DNA of 64,000 nt from the NCBI RefSeq assembly GCF_963676685.1, contig NC_092346.1:65844001-65908000 (forward strand), given 5' to 3'. This stretch comes from Mytilus edulis (lineage: Eukaryota). Position 1 is the first letter of the stretch; each line of letters starts with the position of its first letter. Of the stretch, positions 8,379 to 19,419 are shown one piece after another. The notes under the pieces were generated by a model. That model was not told the origin of the DNA. It searched no databases and saw nothing but the letters and a program-made list of their open reading frames with translations. A program made the position numbers and the translations under genes.

Positions 8379-11300
8379 ATGGCTGATGATCATTTCTGCG
8401 AGGATTTATTGCGTCTTTATCCTGACAGTAACCCTCAATATCAACAGCAGTTGCGAGAGTTAAATGATCGATTGAGTGTTGATAATGACAACAGATCAAA
8501 TCTTACGGTTAAGGTCTATTCATGTTATTATTGTAAACTTCTGTTTGATCACCCTTCCAAACTGAAGAGACACCAGAGAAACAGTTGTACATTTCCATGT
8601 CGACAATGTGATAGACATTTTGATTCAGCGGAAAATTTGTTTAAACATAGCAACATCGATCATACAACTTATCAGACTGGTTCAGGAAACACTGATTCAA
8701 ATTCACATACTACAATCAAACATAAAAGTGTGGATAAGTCTGCTCTCTTGGGAATAGCACGAGCTCGTTTCATTTATCCGAATGAGGATAATGGGGAAAA
8801 GTATGATCTTCTAGCATTTTTATCTGGAATTAAGCATGAGGTAAAAACTCATTTACAAGAGATGTGTGATGAACTCGGTCATATTAAGTGGTATATGAAT
8901 TGTCTTGTGCAAATGATCAAGCCGAATGGAGGTGAAGGTGGTAATGATTTAAAGAATAATGCACATTTTATCTCGAAGACATCGAATCTAGTTGATAGAG
9001 CAAATATAGATGATGAACATGATATTAATGTGACATATCAAAAAATATTCAAAAGTTTTGATGAGTATATACGAAATGGGAGCGGTTGGTCATTAGATCA
9101 TATTAAACACATTGAGATTAATACAGCTAAATATAAACCTTTAGGCGGTGGATCGTATATACCCCTACCAAGAACTCTTGCTGCAACCAGAGCGTTACTC
9201 AACATAAGAAACTTAGATGAAAAATGTTTTGTATATGCTATTATAGCATCCATACATCCTACGTGTTCAGGTGACCCTTCTAAAGTGCATCACTACATCC
9301 CATATGAACATGAATTGAACATGGAAGGTATACAATTGCCCGTTGCACCATCATTTGTGAGTAAATTTGAAAGGCAGAATAACATTTCAGTAATGGTGTT
9401 AGGATTTGAAGAGGGTGAATTTTTCCCCCTCCATGTAACAGGTCTAAGAGAAGCTCATCATGAAGTTGACTTATTGTATTTGAAAAGTGGGAATAAAAGT
9501 CACTGGTGTTTGATTACAGATCTCAATAGACTTTTATATCGAACAAAATGCTTGGGACGCAGTCATAAGTATTGCAGATTCTGTTTATCAGGTTTCACCA
9601 GTGAACATACTTTAGAGAAACATATAAAATACTGCTCAAAATTTGAAGCTCAACATGTGACATATCCCACCAAGGGGGTAGACGATATACTAACATTTCA
9701 AGATCACGCCAAACAGTTACAAACATCATTTGTTATTTATGCTGACATGGAAACATTTTGCGAACCTATGGTTACTGAAGAGCCAGAAGATAATCGAACC
9801 AGCACAACGAAATTAACAAAGTTGATACCATGCGGGTACGGTTATCAAGTTGTTTGCATCGATGACAGATACACTCAACCACCTAAAATATATAGAGGTG
9901 AAAATGTTAGTGAACACTTCCTTCATAGTCTTCTTGACGAAAATAAACGTATAAAGGCTATTTTGAACAATCCTGAACCCTTGTGCATGACTGTTGAAGA
10001 TGAGGAAGATTTTCAATCAAGTACACATTGCCACATTTGCATGGAAGAATTTACAGATTCCACTATCCGCGTTCGAGACCATGCACATGTTTCAGGTAAA
10101 TTTCGTGGCGCTTCATGCAGAGATTGCAATCTTAATTTTAAAGAACACACATTCGTGCCAGTTATATTTCATAACCTGAAACAGTTTGATGCACATTTAA
10201 TCTGTTCCTCGATAGGTATTTTCAAGAGTGAAGAAATTGGCTGCATAGCCACGAATGCAGAAAAGTACATCAGTTTCAACCTATCCAATCTGCGCTTTAT
10301 CGATTCATACCAGTTTTTGAATTGTTCACTAGAGGAATTGGTATCGTCAATGTCTAAGGAGAATCCGAAAGAAACATTTAAACATTTTACAAAAGAATTT
10401 GATGATGATAAGCGGATTGCTCTTTTGTTGAAAAAAGGAACATATCCTTACGAATACATTGACAATGCAGCAAGGTTCAATGAAACTGAATTACCCTCTA
10501 TAGACAAATTCTACAGCAATTTATCAGAGAAAACAATTAGTCAAACCGAGTATGAACATGCGCAACGGGTATGGAATCAAATGAATATTAAGAATATAGG
10601 CGAATATCACGATCTTTATCTAAAAACTGACGTTCTATTATTAGCTGATGTATTTGAAACTTTCAGGAAGAAGTGGATAACGAACTATTCCCTCGACCCT
10701 GCAAATTATTACACTCTTCCAGGGCTTTCCTGGCAATCTGCATTGAAAATGACTGGTGTGAGACTTGAGCTATTGACAGATCCTACAATGTGGCTCTTCT
10801 TTGAGCAGAGTATACGAGGAGGTTTAACAATGGTGAGCTGCAGACATGCAAAAGCAAACAATCCCTACTTGAGCAATTATGATCCAGCTTTACCAACTTC
10901 ATACTTGATGTATGTAGATGCGAACAATTTATACGGTTTAAGCATGAGCATGCCATTAGCTGTGGGGAAATTCCAGTGGTTGTCAGAAGAGGAAATAAAC
11001 GATTTCAATGTCTTAAATGTATCCAATAACGCTGACATCGGATATGTCATTGAATGCGATTTGGATTACCCAGATAACTTACACGATCTTCACAATGATT
11101 TTCCTCTTGCAGTTGAAAAAGGAGTGATAACAAATGAAATGCTTTCACCTCATTCACGTCATCTGTATGAGCAAGCAAATGATGATGGGAAAGAATACCA
11201 ACCGAGCACCAAATTGCTAGCTACTTTGAAAGATAAAAAGCATTACATCTTGCACTATGTGAATCTAAAGTTATACCTCAAACTAGGTTTGGTTTTGAAG

Positions 11301-12182
11301 AAGATTCACAATATAGTTTCATTTGAACAGCGTCCATGGTTGAAACAGTATATTGACTTCAATACCGAAATGAGGAAAAAGGCTACTAGCAATTTCGAGC
11401 AAAAACTTTTTAAAAATGGCAACAATGCTATTTTCGGTAAATCAATGGAATCGTTGCGGAAACATATCAACTTCTCTCTCTGTCATAGGTGGGATAAGTT
11501 TCAAAAACTTACTGCAAAATCATCATTTAAAAGCTTTAAGATATTCAACGACCACTTGTGCGGCGTGCTACAAACCAAAACAAAAATTTTCTTCAACAAA
11601 CCAATTTACCTAGGACAAATGATTCTCGATCTGTCAAAGGCGCACATGGTTGATTACTACTACAACCACATGAAAAAACTATACAAGGAGAATGTAACAT
11701 TATGTTACACAGATACTGACAGTTTCATTATGCATGTGAGAACTGATGACATATATAGAGACATGTCGTTAAACAGTGAGCTATATGACTTTTCAAATTA
11801 TCCAGCTGATCACCCTCTTTACACCAAAGACAGGAAATCGATTATTGGTTTATTCAAAGATGAATGCAAGTCCATTCAAATGGTGGAATATATCGGACTA
11901 AGAGCAAAAATGTATAGTTTTATCACCGCAGACGACAAGGAAACTGTAGTAGCAAAGGGTATTAAAACCCGAAATGTTAGATTCGAACAATATAAAAACA
12001 CCTTGTTCAATTGTTCTCCACTACTCTCGCATATGTACACTTTGAGAAGTTTCAACCATCAGATTCACATGGTGAAGGTTGTGAAAAGTGGACTATCACC
12101 ATATGATGACAAGAGACACTTGCTGGATGATAATGTGCATTCGCTAGCATATTTTCATAGAAAATTAAAAGAAAAACATTAA
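8379..12182 (+). CDS. Protein-primed family B DNA polymerase with N-terminal Zn fingers, terminal-protein/vOTU-like region and endonuclease VII-like insert
   Basis: ExoI YADME, ExoII FHNLKQFD, ExoIII YLKTDV; Pol motifs YVDANNLYG, KNGNNAIFGK, YTDTDS; CHIC...RDHAHVSGKFRGASCRDCN; DEKCF...SHWCLI. Confidence 0.97.
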   Translation: MADDHFCEDLLRLYPDSNPQYQQQLRELNDRLSVDNDNRSNLTVKVYSCYYCKLLFDHPSKLKRHQRNSCTFPCRQCDRHFDSAENLFKHSNIDHTTYQTGSGNTDSNSHTTIKHKSVDKSALLGIARARFIYPNEDNGEKYDLLAFLSGIKHEVKTHLQEMCDELGHIKWYMNCLVQMIKPNGGEGGNDLKNNAHFISKTSNLVDRANIDDEHDINVTYQKIFKSFDEYIRNGSGWSLDHIKHIEINTAKYKPLGGGSYIPLPRTLAATRALLNIRNLDEKCFVYAIIASIHPTCSGDPSKVHHYIPYEHELNMEGIQLPVAPSFVSKFERQNNISVMVLGFEEGEFFPLHVTGLREAHHEVDLLYLKSGNKSHWCLITDLNRLLYRTKCLGRSHKYCRFCLSGFTSEHTLEKHIKYCSKFEAQHVTYPTKGVDDILTFQDHAKQLQTSFVIYADMETFCEPMVTEEPEDNRTSTTKLTKLIPCGYGYQVVCIDDRYTQPPKIYRGENVSEHFLHSLLDENKRIKAILNNPEPLCMTVEDEEDFQSSTHCHICMEEFTDSTIRVRDHAHVSGKFRGASCRDCNLNFKEHTFVPVIFHNLKQFDAHLICSSIGIFKSEEIGCIATNAEKYISFNLSNLRFIDSYQFLNCSLEELVSSMSKENPKETFKHFTKEFDDDKRIALLLKKGTYPYEYIDNAARFNETELPSIDKFYSNLSEKTISQTEYEHAQRVWNQMNIKNIGEYHDLYLKTDVLLLADVFETFRKKWITNYSLDPANYYTLPGLSWQSALKMTGVRLELLTDPTMWLFFEQSIRGGLTMVSCRHAKANNPYLSNYDPALPTSYLMYVDANNLYGLSMSMPLAVGKFQWLSEEEINDFNVLNVSNNADIGYVIECDLDYPDNLHDLHNDFPLAVEKGVITNEMLSPHSRHLYEQANDDGKEYQPSTKLLATLKDKKHYILHYVNLKLYLKLGLVLKKIHNIVSFEQRPWLKQYIDFNTEMRKKATSNFEQKLFKNGNNAIFGKSMESLRKHINFSLCHRWDKFQKLTAKSSFKSFKIFNDHLCGVLQTKTKIFFNKPIYLGQMILDLSKAHMVDYYYNHMKKLYKENVTLCYTDTDSFIMHVRTDDIYRDMSLNSELYDFSNYPADHPLYTKDRKSIIGLFKDECKSIQMVEYIGLRAKMYSFITADDKETVVAKGIKTRNVRFEQYKNTLFNCSPLLSHMYTLRSFNHQIHMVKVVKSGLSPYDDKRHLLDDNVHSLAYFHRKLKEKH

Positions 12183-12439
12183 TACAATTGTAAATTGAAA
12201 AAAAAATCCATATCCGTAATAAATTCAAGAAAAAGAAAACACACTGTACAATAATTATATAATATTTTATTTCATGTAAATAAATATATGATTTTATAAT
12301 AAAATATATCAACATATTTAAGTTTTATCCGTTTGCTATCAACCTGGGGAAGTGAAATACATAGGGCAATGGGGAGTAGCATGGTAAAATGGCGACTTTA
12401 ACTTAAAAACCCCAATGAAAATACATAACTTTAAAACCC

Positions 12440-12955
12440 AAATGGACCTTCAAACAAACTTCAAACATAATGACAATAGGACAATGGGGAATAACACCTT
12501 CAAACATTAAGGCAATAGGACAATGGGGAATAACACCTTCAAACATAGGACAATGTGAAATAACACCTTCGAACATTAGAACAATGGGGAATAGCACCTT
12601 CAAACATTAGAACAATGGGGAATAACACCTTCAAACATTATGTCAATGGGGAATAACACCTTCAAATGGGGAATAACACCTTCAAACACACCAGTGAAAT
12701 ACATTGGACAATGGGGAATAACACCTTCAAACACGATGAAAATATTACAAATAAATTTTAGATTAAAATATAAGAGACATATTCTTTGGTAAATTAAACA
12801 CAATTATGAAAATGGGGAATTACACCTTCAAACGCACCAGTGAAATACATTGTGCAATGGGGAAAAAGACCTTCAAACACGATGAAAATATTACAAATAA
12901 ATTTCTTAAATTTTAGATTAAAATATATGAGACATATTCTTTGGTAAATTAAACA
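12440..12955 (+). repeat. Internal array of about ten CAATGGGGAATAACACCTTCAAA units plus a ~145-bp duplication
   Basis: Repeated motif with short variable linkers, located between convergent genes. Confidence 0.9.
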
Positions 12956-14117
12956 CGTGAAAATCGCATGTTTAATATTTTCCTTAAAATATCGGAAAAG
13001 TTCTCCCTATTGAACGAAAGTCCGAGTGAATTTAAAACAGACCCTGGGACGTTCTTTAAATGAATGAATATCTCTTCAGATGTGAAATGGCTGCATTCCC
13101 TTATCATTTTATTTAATTGATATCTTTGATCAAAAATTTCCTCGGCAGCATTAAACACATCTAATTCGGCAAATCCAGGATTTAAAACAAATTGAAAGTC
13201 TGCATAATCCATAAAAATAATTAAAATTGGTGAGGGAATTTTACAAAAAAAATCTCTCATTTGAATATCACATTTTGTTGTTAATTTATTATAAATACAT
13301 GCAACAGATAAAGTTCTTAATGAAGGTGGAGCTGACCGCTTTCGTTTTTCACTCAGTGTCTTTTTTTCTACTTCTTCTCCCATTGTCCTTTTTCTGTTCT
13401 GATTGGCTAAAAGAAATAAATAAGATACATAAACTCTAGTAAAATAGTTTTCACATCATAAATCTACAGATACATGCATGAAAACAAATGAACAAAGTGC
13501 GACACCTGTATTAAGAAATTGGATTTCATAATGGAGATTTCTAAAATAAATGAAAAGGATGAATTGAGTAGTGCAAATGTGGAAGAATATTCACTTAAAA
13601 TGACAGATGAGCATGATTACAATTTTATCAATATGGATACAGCTGAAATCAGTGACCAGTTTCCACAACTGCACTGGCTTGGTGCAAAGATGAAAATTGT
13701 CGGATTGTTATTCTGTTCGATAACTCTAGCAGTTATATTAATAAATGGGCCATTAAACAGTGAAAATGATCCTCCATTCATATCTGATGATGTTAAACGA
13801 AACAGTAGCGGAAACGATTTATTTTGTAATAAAATGGACACTTTTGCTTTATCTGAAGATATTTTTGTAAATACATGTATATTGAATAGTGAACTGTTTG
13901 TATTATTGAGAAATGATCCTCTTAGAAATGAGATCGCTTTAAATCAAAGGCAATGGTTTTATCTTAAAGCGAGTATTTCACATATTGATAAATCAATCTT
14001 TGATTGGAAAAATGTTGCTAAGTTATAAATGATTTCTATCCTAACTATTGTATATAAGAACATATTAGAAACAGAATAAAAATTTGATCACTTACTGGTG
14101 TTATCTTCACTCGCCAT
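12949..14117 (-). CDS. Two-exon BC-box/SOCS-box-like protein (exons 14117-14096, 13406-12949)
   Basis: Same model as 25565-26733. Confidence 0.55.
13531..14028 (+). CDS. PC4-like domain protein with a hydrophobic segment
   Basis: Same as 26147-26644. Confidence 0.6.
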   Translation: MEISKINEKDELSSANVEEYSLKMTDEHDYNFINMDTAEISDQFPQLHWLGAKMKIVGLLFCSITLAVILINGPLNSENDPPFISDDVKRNSSGNDLFCNKMDTFALSEDIFVNTCILNSELFVLLRNDPLRNEIALNQRQWFYLKASISHIDKSIFDWKNVAKL

Positions 14118-14272
14118 CTTCAACTGCTTCAGAAAGTATGAATCCAGCTCCAGCTGTTTTCTTTTTCTTCTTTAGCCTCTTGAACGGGCCAGATTCTGCT
14201 GCAACAATCACCTTTCTGACGTCCGACTCTGACACTCCCGCCTCCTCATCGCTATCGCTGATAGCAATCACC

Positions 14273-14372
14273 NNNNNNNNNNNNNNNNNNNNNNNNNNNN
14301 NNNNNNNNNNNNNNNNNNNNNNNNNNNNNNNNNNNNNNNNNNNNNNNNNNNNNNNNNNNNNNNNNNNNNNNN
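14273..14372. other. Assembly gap (100 N)
   Basis: Run of exactly 100 N. Confidence 1.
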
Positions 14373-15093
14373 AATGTTAAGAGTCCTTTTTTTTTGCTAA
14401 ATTATAATACAAATTCGTCTTTATAATTAGTATTAATGTTCTCGTCTATCTTTCAGAGAGAAGACTCAGAAGACCATACTACAGGCGAGAACATAAATTG
14501 TTTTCAAAACACAATCCATTGCCAATCACCAAAACCAAACCTGTCTTTAGAAAATCCGCCAAGAGTGAGAAGTTTTCAAACAACGATTTACTTGACAAGT
14601 TAGCAGAACTTATTGCTAGGAAGAATTAAAAAAGAAAGATTTTATTTCCTGCATTTCTAACCTTATGAAATTCATCAACATTTTCTCTGCTTTAAATTTA
14701 CAGTAGTATATATTGTGTGGCAGCAGCAAATATTTTTGCCACGTTGACAAAAATTTTGCCCCCGTCAGCAAAAATTGCATAATATATTTGTTGGATAATA
14801 TCAAAATATTGATTTTTAATTTGTAAAATATAAAAGAATGTTTTTATTTTTTTTTTCACTGCATTAAACAATTTTAATGCATTACCAATCAATTTAACAT
14901 TGTTGATATGCTGGATATGGAAGTAGTAAAAGTAAATTGAACATTTAAAAAAAATTTTCATTTCATTAAACAATTTAACGCATTACCAATCATTTAAATT
15001 GTTGATATGCTGGATATGGAAGTAGTAAAAGGAACATTTAAAACAATTTGAGAGCTTTAATTTGATAAAAGTTTAATTGGTAAATATAATAAT

Positions 15094-15135
15094 TAACCCT
15101 AACCCTAACCCTAACCCTAACCCTAACCCTAACCC
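15094..15135 (+). repeat. (TAACCC)7, duplicate copy
   Basis: Identical to 2481-2522. Confidence 0.95.
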
Positions 15136-15182
15136 AAACAAAAATATCATACATTATAAATTATTATTATTATTAATAAAAC

Positions 15183-15527
15183 ATGGATGAGATAGAATCA
15201 TGTGAAAATATAGCCAGACTTGATAACATATTCGATATAATATATGCAAAGTCAGTTTTTGACATTCTGAAGAAGGAAAATCAAGTGGAACACATAAGTG
15301 GAGGAAATGCATGGGATTTTTTTTATCAAGTAGAAACAGATAAAGTGTACACCGATTTTGTTAATTTAGTCAGACAATCAAATATTCCAGATAATGTGAG
15401 AGTCTACTATCAACTTACATTTTTACAATCAACAGATTGGAAAAATACTATATTGAAAACACCGCACAGAGCATCTCGCATAATAGATAAAGTTGAAAAA
15501 AATGATAGATTTGGAACCTATTTTTAA
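15183..15527 (+). CDS. Hypothetical protein, copy 2 (C-terminus shifted by an extra A)
   Basis: A7 at 15496-15502 versus A6 in copy 1. Confidence 0.55.
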   Translation: MDEIESCENIARLDNIFDIIYAKSVFDILKKENQVEHISGGNAWDFFYQVETDKVYTDFVNLVRQSNIPDNVRVYYQLTFLQSTDWKNTILKTPHRASRIIDKVEKNDRFGTYF

Positions 15528-15529
15528 CA

Positions 15530-16686
15530 ATGGAAAATGATGATTTAGATGAAAAACTTAGGAATGTATATTACAATACAGCAAATGGGGGAGCATACCT
15601 AAGTGCTGAAAAAATTTATCAAACGTTGAAGACATCAAGAGATGGAAATGTACCAAGCGTATACAAGATCAGGGAAATGGATGGAAAAAATAGACGACTA
15701 CAATTTACAAAAACCTGTAAAACGTAGAATTAAAAGAGTGAAAATAATTGTATCGGAACCGTATGAGCAATACGATGCTGACCTTATGGATGTATCCAAC
15801 ATACAGAAATATAACAATAAGACACGTTTCCTGTTGGTTGTTATCGATATTTTCACACGGTTTTTATGGATTTATCCATTAAAAAACAAGTTTGGGAAGA
15901 CAGTAGCTGATGCATTTGAAAAAATCTTCAAACATGGTAAAATCCCTTTGAAGGTTTCCACAGATGCGGGAACTGAATTCAAAAACAAAGATTTGAAACG
16001 TGTGTTTTAAAAAATATGACATTTACCATCATGTCTATTTAAATTCCGACAGTAGTAAAGCGTCAATAGCAGAGAGGGTCAATTTGACATTTCGGAGGAT
16101 GATGTTCCGATATTTTACAAAGCATAGAACTTATAGCTATCTCAATGTTCTACAAAATTTGGTAGCAAGTTATAATGCAACGCCACATAGAAGTTTAAAT
16201 AATACAGCTCCAAAAGATGTGAATGAGAAAAACAAATATGATTTGTGGGCATATATGTATATTAAAACTCCACCCAAAGAAAAACGAATCAGAGAAAAGA
16301 AAGAAACATTAAAAGTACAACGTAAAAGAGGGAAACAGTTTCATTTTAAAATCAATGACATGGTAAGACTGAGCCATTTGAAGAAACCGTTTCAAAGAGC
16401 TTATCAGCAACAGTGGACCTCCGAAATATTTAAAATATATAGACGATTTCTAATACATGGGAAAATCTTTTATAAAGTACAAGATTTTTTGGACAAGGAA
16501 GTTGTAGGCAATTTCAATTATACAGAGTTGCAGCGTGTGAAAAAGGAGGCTGACGCATTGTGGTTTGTTGAGAAAGTGCTTAAATGGCGAAGGCGGAATG
16601 GTCAACGTGAGGGTTATGTAAAATTCCAGGATTGGGATAAACGTTTTTGTCAGTGGATTCCTGAGAGAGATATTGTTGACTTTTAA
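15530..16686 (+). pseudogene. Integrase copy 2 with two apparent frameshifts (probably consensus errors)
   Basis: GGG at 15672-15674 versus GG, and TTTT at 16005-16008 versus TTT; otherwise matches 2916-4070. Confidence 0.8.
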
Positions 16687-16687
16687 A

Positions 16688-17095
16688 ATGAGCTTTTACA
16701 TGGTCATTAACAGTAACAAAAATTTAGACATTTACCCACATAACAGACCACACAAATTCCGTACATATCTTCAGACGCCAATAGTGATGAAATCAAAATG
16801 GAAAGTCGCATTAGTTGATATTAAATTATCATCAAATAATGATCTATATATATATGCAAACATATGCGGTGATGTAATAGTCGATGGTAACAAACAACCC
16901 TTATTGAAGCGAATATGTTGCTGCTCTCAAACTGAATACTACCACTTTGATCAACTTGCATACATTCCAGTGGTGAAAAGTGAAATAAGAGACATTGAAT
17001 TCTTTATTACTGACATGCAAGGGAGTCATGCATCATTTTTAAAAAATCCAGTGTCGATTACACTGCACTTCAGGTCGTATCCATACTTTGCATGA
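16688..17095 (+). CDS. Minor capsid protein, copy 2
   Basis: Translation identical to copy 1. Confidence 0.75.
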   Translation: MSFYMVINSNKNLDIYPHNRPHKFRTYLQTPIVMKSKWKVALVDIKLSSNNDLYIYANICGDVIVDGNKQPLLKRICCCSQTEYYHFDQLAYIPVVKSEIRDIEFFITDMQGSHASFLKNPVSITLHFRSYPYFA

Positions 17096-17562
17096 TAATC
17101 ATGGAATTGAACAATTCTCAATATGTGCTAGACCCTAGGACATGGATAATGTACTATGAAAATCTAGCGAATGACAAACATCACAATTCATATCTTAATA
17201 ATTCATACAGAAGAACTATCCAGAGTGGTGGTTCCCTCACTAATTCAGCAGCTAGCTTCATGGAACCAATCACATTACCACAAAGTAAACCACATGCGCA
17301 ATCACCCATTAAACTTGTAACACATGCACAGCAGCAGGTGGAAAATGCTAAGTCGGAAATTAGTCGAGCTGTGAAAAAGATAAAACGCAAACGTGGGAAG
17401 TTACAAAACAGTAATAGAAAAAGCCATAGAGGGGAGCAGAAGAAAACGAAAAAGACAAAGAAAGGAGGAAGGAAAAATAAAACAAACAGTAAGAAAGGAA
17501 GTGTACAGAGTGTGAAAAAAAGATTAAAGAATCAGCTAATTGAAAAGGATATTTTCCAGTAA
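17092..17562 (+). CDS. Basic putative core protein, copy 2
   Basis: Translation identical to copy 1. Confidence 0.6.
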   Translation: MIIMELNNSQYVLDPRTWIMYYENLANDKHHNSYLNNSYRRTIQSGGSLTNSAASFMEPITLPQSKPHAQSPIKLVTHAQQQVENAKSEISRAVKKIKRKRGKLQNSNRKSHRGEQKKTKKTKKGGRKNKTNSKKGSVQSVKKRLKNQLIEKDIFQ

Positions 17563-17570
17563 AATTCAAA

Positions 17571-18893
17571 ATGGCTAAAATAAATCCTGAAACATTTCAT
17601 GAGCTGCAACCAAGTCAGTTGTCTTTATTCAATCTACCAGGTCATCAAACTGCAGTCACAAGAATCACATATGAACATATTCGACCAGCTGCAACTTTTA
17701 CAAAGACATCGCCAATAGAGTTTCACATATCTGGTGGAACAGAGTATCTAGACTTAAGTAAATCAACAATGCATGTACGTCTAAGACTTAAAAGAGGAGA
17801 TGGAACCATAGCAGATAGCAGTGACGTTAATTGCGGGCCTGTGAACTATGTTTTGCATGCATTATTTAATCAAATAGATGTTTTAATTCAAAATAAAATT
17901 GTCACATCTTCAACAGGATTTTACCCTTACAAAGCTTATATGCAAACTTTATTGAAATATGGGAAAGAAGCTAAAGAATCGCAGCTCTCAAGTCAATTAT
18001 GGATAGACGATCATCAAGGAACATTGGATGATGCAGATTGTAACACAGGATCAAATCTTGGGCTCTACAGAAGAACAGCATACATAAAAAATGGTAAAAC
18101 TGTTGATCTTGAAGGAAACATTTTCCATCCCCTGTTTTCAATGAATCGTTACATATTAAATCAAGTAGGAGTTACTGTGAAATTCTACAGATCGAGACCA
18201 GAATTTTATCTAATGTCGGTTGATGAAGATGCTGATTATTACCTTGAGATTGAAGATATGTATCTATCAATAGCAAAGATCCACGTTCACCCCGGCATTG
18301 TATATGGCCACGATTCTATACTCAGGACAGTAAACGCTAAATATCCCATTGTGCAAAATGATGTTCGCACAATTTCACTTCCAGCTGGTCAAATAAGTTT
18401 TAACTTCAACAACATATTCCAGAATAATAGACCCAATAAGGTATTGATAGCCTTTACGGGGAGTCAAAACATAGCAGGTGACTACTCACTATGTCCGTGG
18501 ACATTCAAACATTGCCACCTAAGTGAAATAAATCTTAAAGTTGAGGGAGTGCCAGTTTCCGGGAATCCTGTCAGAGTAAAATTTGACTCGTCAAGTGGAG
18601 AATCATCCATTGTTGCATTTCGCAATCTATTTGAGGTTGCTGGGAAAACTCTGCAAGACTGTGGTAATGGATTAAACAGAGACAGTTTTTCTGAAGGATA
18701 TGCCTTGTATGCCTTTCAACTGGAACCAATTTTTGAAGGTTTAGATTATTTAACATTGAAAAGGAATGAACGTGTCAATTTGGAATGCACATTTGATTCT
18801 CCCCTCACTGAACCAACAACTATAATCATTTATAGTGAATTTAGTGGATATTTTGAAATAACTCAAACTCGAGACATCATAATTCAAGAATGA
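17571..18893 (+). CDS. Major capsid protein, copy 2
   Basis: Translation identical to copy 1. Confidence 0.9.
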   Translation: MAKINPETFHELQPSQLSLFNLPGHQTAVTRITYEHIRPAATFTKTSPIEFHISGGTEYLDLSKSTMHVRLRLKRGDGTIADSSDVNCGPVNYVLHALFNQIDVLIQNKIVTSSTGFYPYKAYMQTLLKYGKEAKESQLSSQLWIDDHQGTLDDADCNTGSNLGLYRRTAYIKNGKTVDLEGNIFHPLFSMNRYILNQVGVTVKFYRSRPEFYLMSVDEDADYYLEIEDMYLSIAKIHVHPGIVYGHDSILRTVNAKYPIVQNDVRTISLPAGQISFNFNNIFQNNRPNKVLIAFTGSQNIAGDYSLCPWTFKHCHLSEINLKVEGVPVSGNPVRVKFDSSSGESSIVAFRNLFEVAGKTLQDCGNGLNRDSFSEGYALYAFQLEPIFEGLDYLTLKRNERVNLECTFDSPLTEPTTIIIYSEFSGYFEITQTRDIIIQE

Positions 18894-19357
18894 ACACTAT
18901 GCAATTGGAGTGTATGATTAATTGTGATGAACTAATGAAGGATAAAATTGTTGGTATATTTGCAGCAGATCAGATACCTAAGATAGTGAGAAATCGACCC
19001 ATGGGATTTATTTGTAACACTGAAAATCATTTTGAGAATGGTGCACACTGGATCGCCTTTTTCATAAATGAGGAACGAAGAGGGATATTTTTCGACAGCT
19101 TCGCACACTCTCCCGATTATTATTCACGTCACTTCTTAAAATTCTTTGAACACAATGCGATATCTCTGGAAATAAATCAAAAACGATTACAGAGTGAGAA
19201 TTCATCAGTATGCGGTCAATATTGCATTTTCATCTTATCACTCTTATGTAGAGAGTATGATCTAACTAACATTCACGATTTTTTCAGTGATAATCATCAA
19301 GCAAACGACATCTTTGTTTTCAATGTGATTGGTAAAACCTATTCACACTGCATATGA
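18890..19357 (+). CDS. Adenain-like protease, copy 2
   Basis: Translation identical to copy 1. Confidence 0.93.
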   Translation: MNTMQLECMINCDELMKDKIVGIFAADQIPKIVRNRPMGFICNTENHFENGAHWIAFFINEERRGIFFDSFAHSPDYYSRHFLKFFEHNAISLEINQKRLQSENSSVCGQYCIFILSLLCREYDLTNIHDFFSDNHQANDIFVFNVIGKTYSHCI

Positions 19358-19419
19358 AAAAGTGTTTAAAATGATGAGACACATGGTAACAATCATCATT
19401 CGAGCAAGAGGTGATCATC

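Larger units (their letters stand above)
1760..14272 (+). repeat. 12.5-kb direct duplicate of 14373-26888 (probable assembly false duplication)
   Basis: Offset 12613-12616; includes 329 bp of host flank; the differences I found are three 1-bp homopolymer insertions; copies abut a 100-N gap. Confidence 0.9.
2089..14272 (+). mobile_element. Polinton/Maverick, copy truncated at the assembly gap
   Basis: Starts AGTAGTATATATTGTG after ATTTAC; integrase, capsids, protease, ATPase and pPolB ORFs are all intact. Confidence 0.95.

Noticed and set aside
12403-12803. ORFs with FEGVIPHCP repeats
   Set aside because: Translations of the DNA repeat array; unit lengths do not keep one frame
12440-12955. 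CRISPR-like repeat/spacer appearance
   Set aside because: Linkers are mostly 0-20 bp and related to one another, there are no cas genes, and the context is a eukaryotic Polinton
15530-16686. Programmed frameshifting or real pseudogenisation of integrase
   Set aside because: The shifts are 1-bp homopolymer insertions near a contig end and copy 1 is intact
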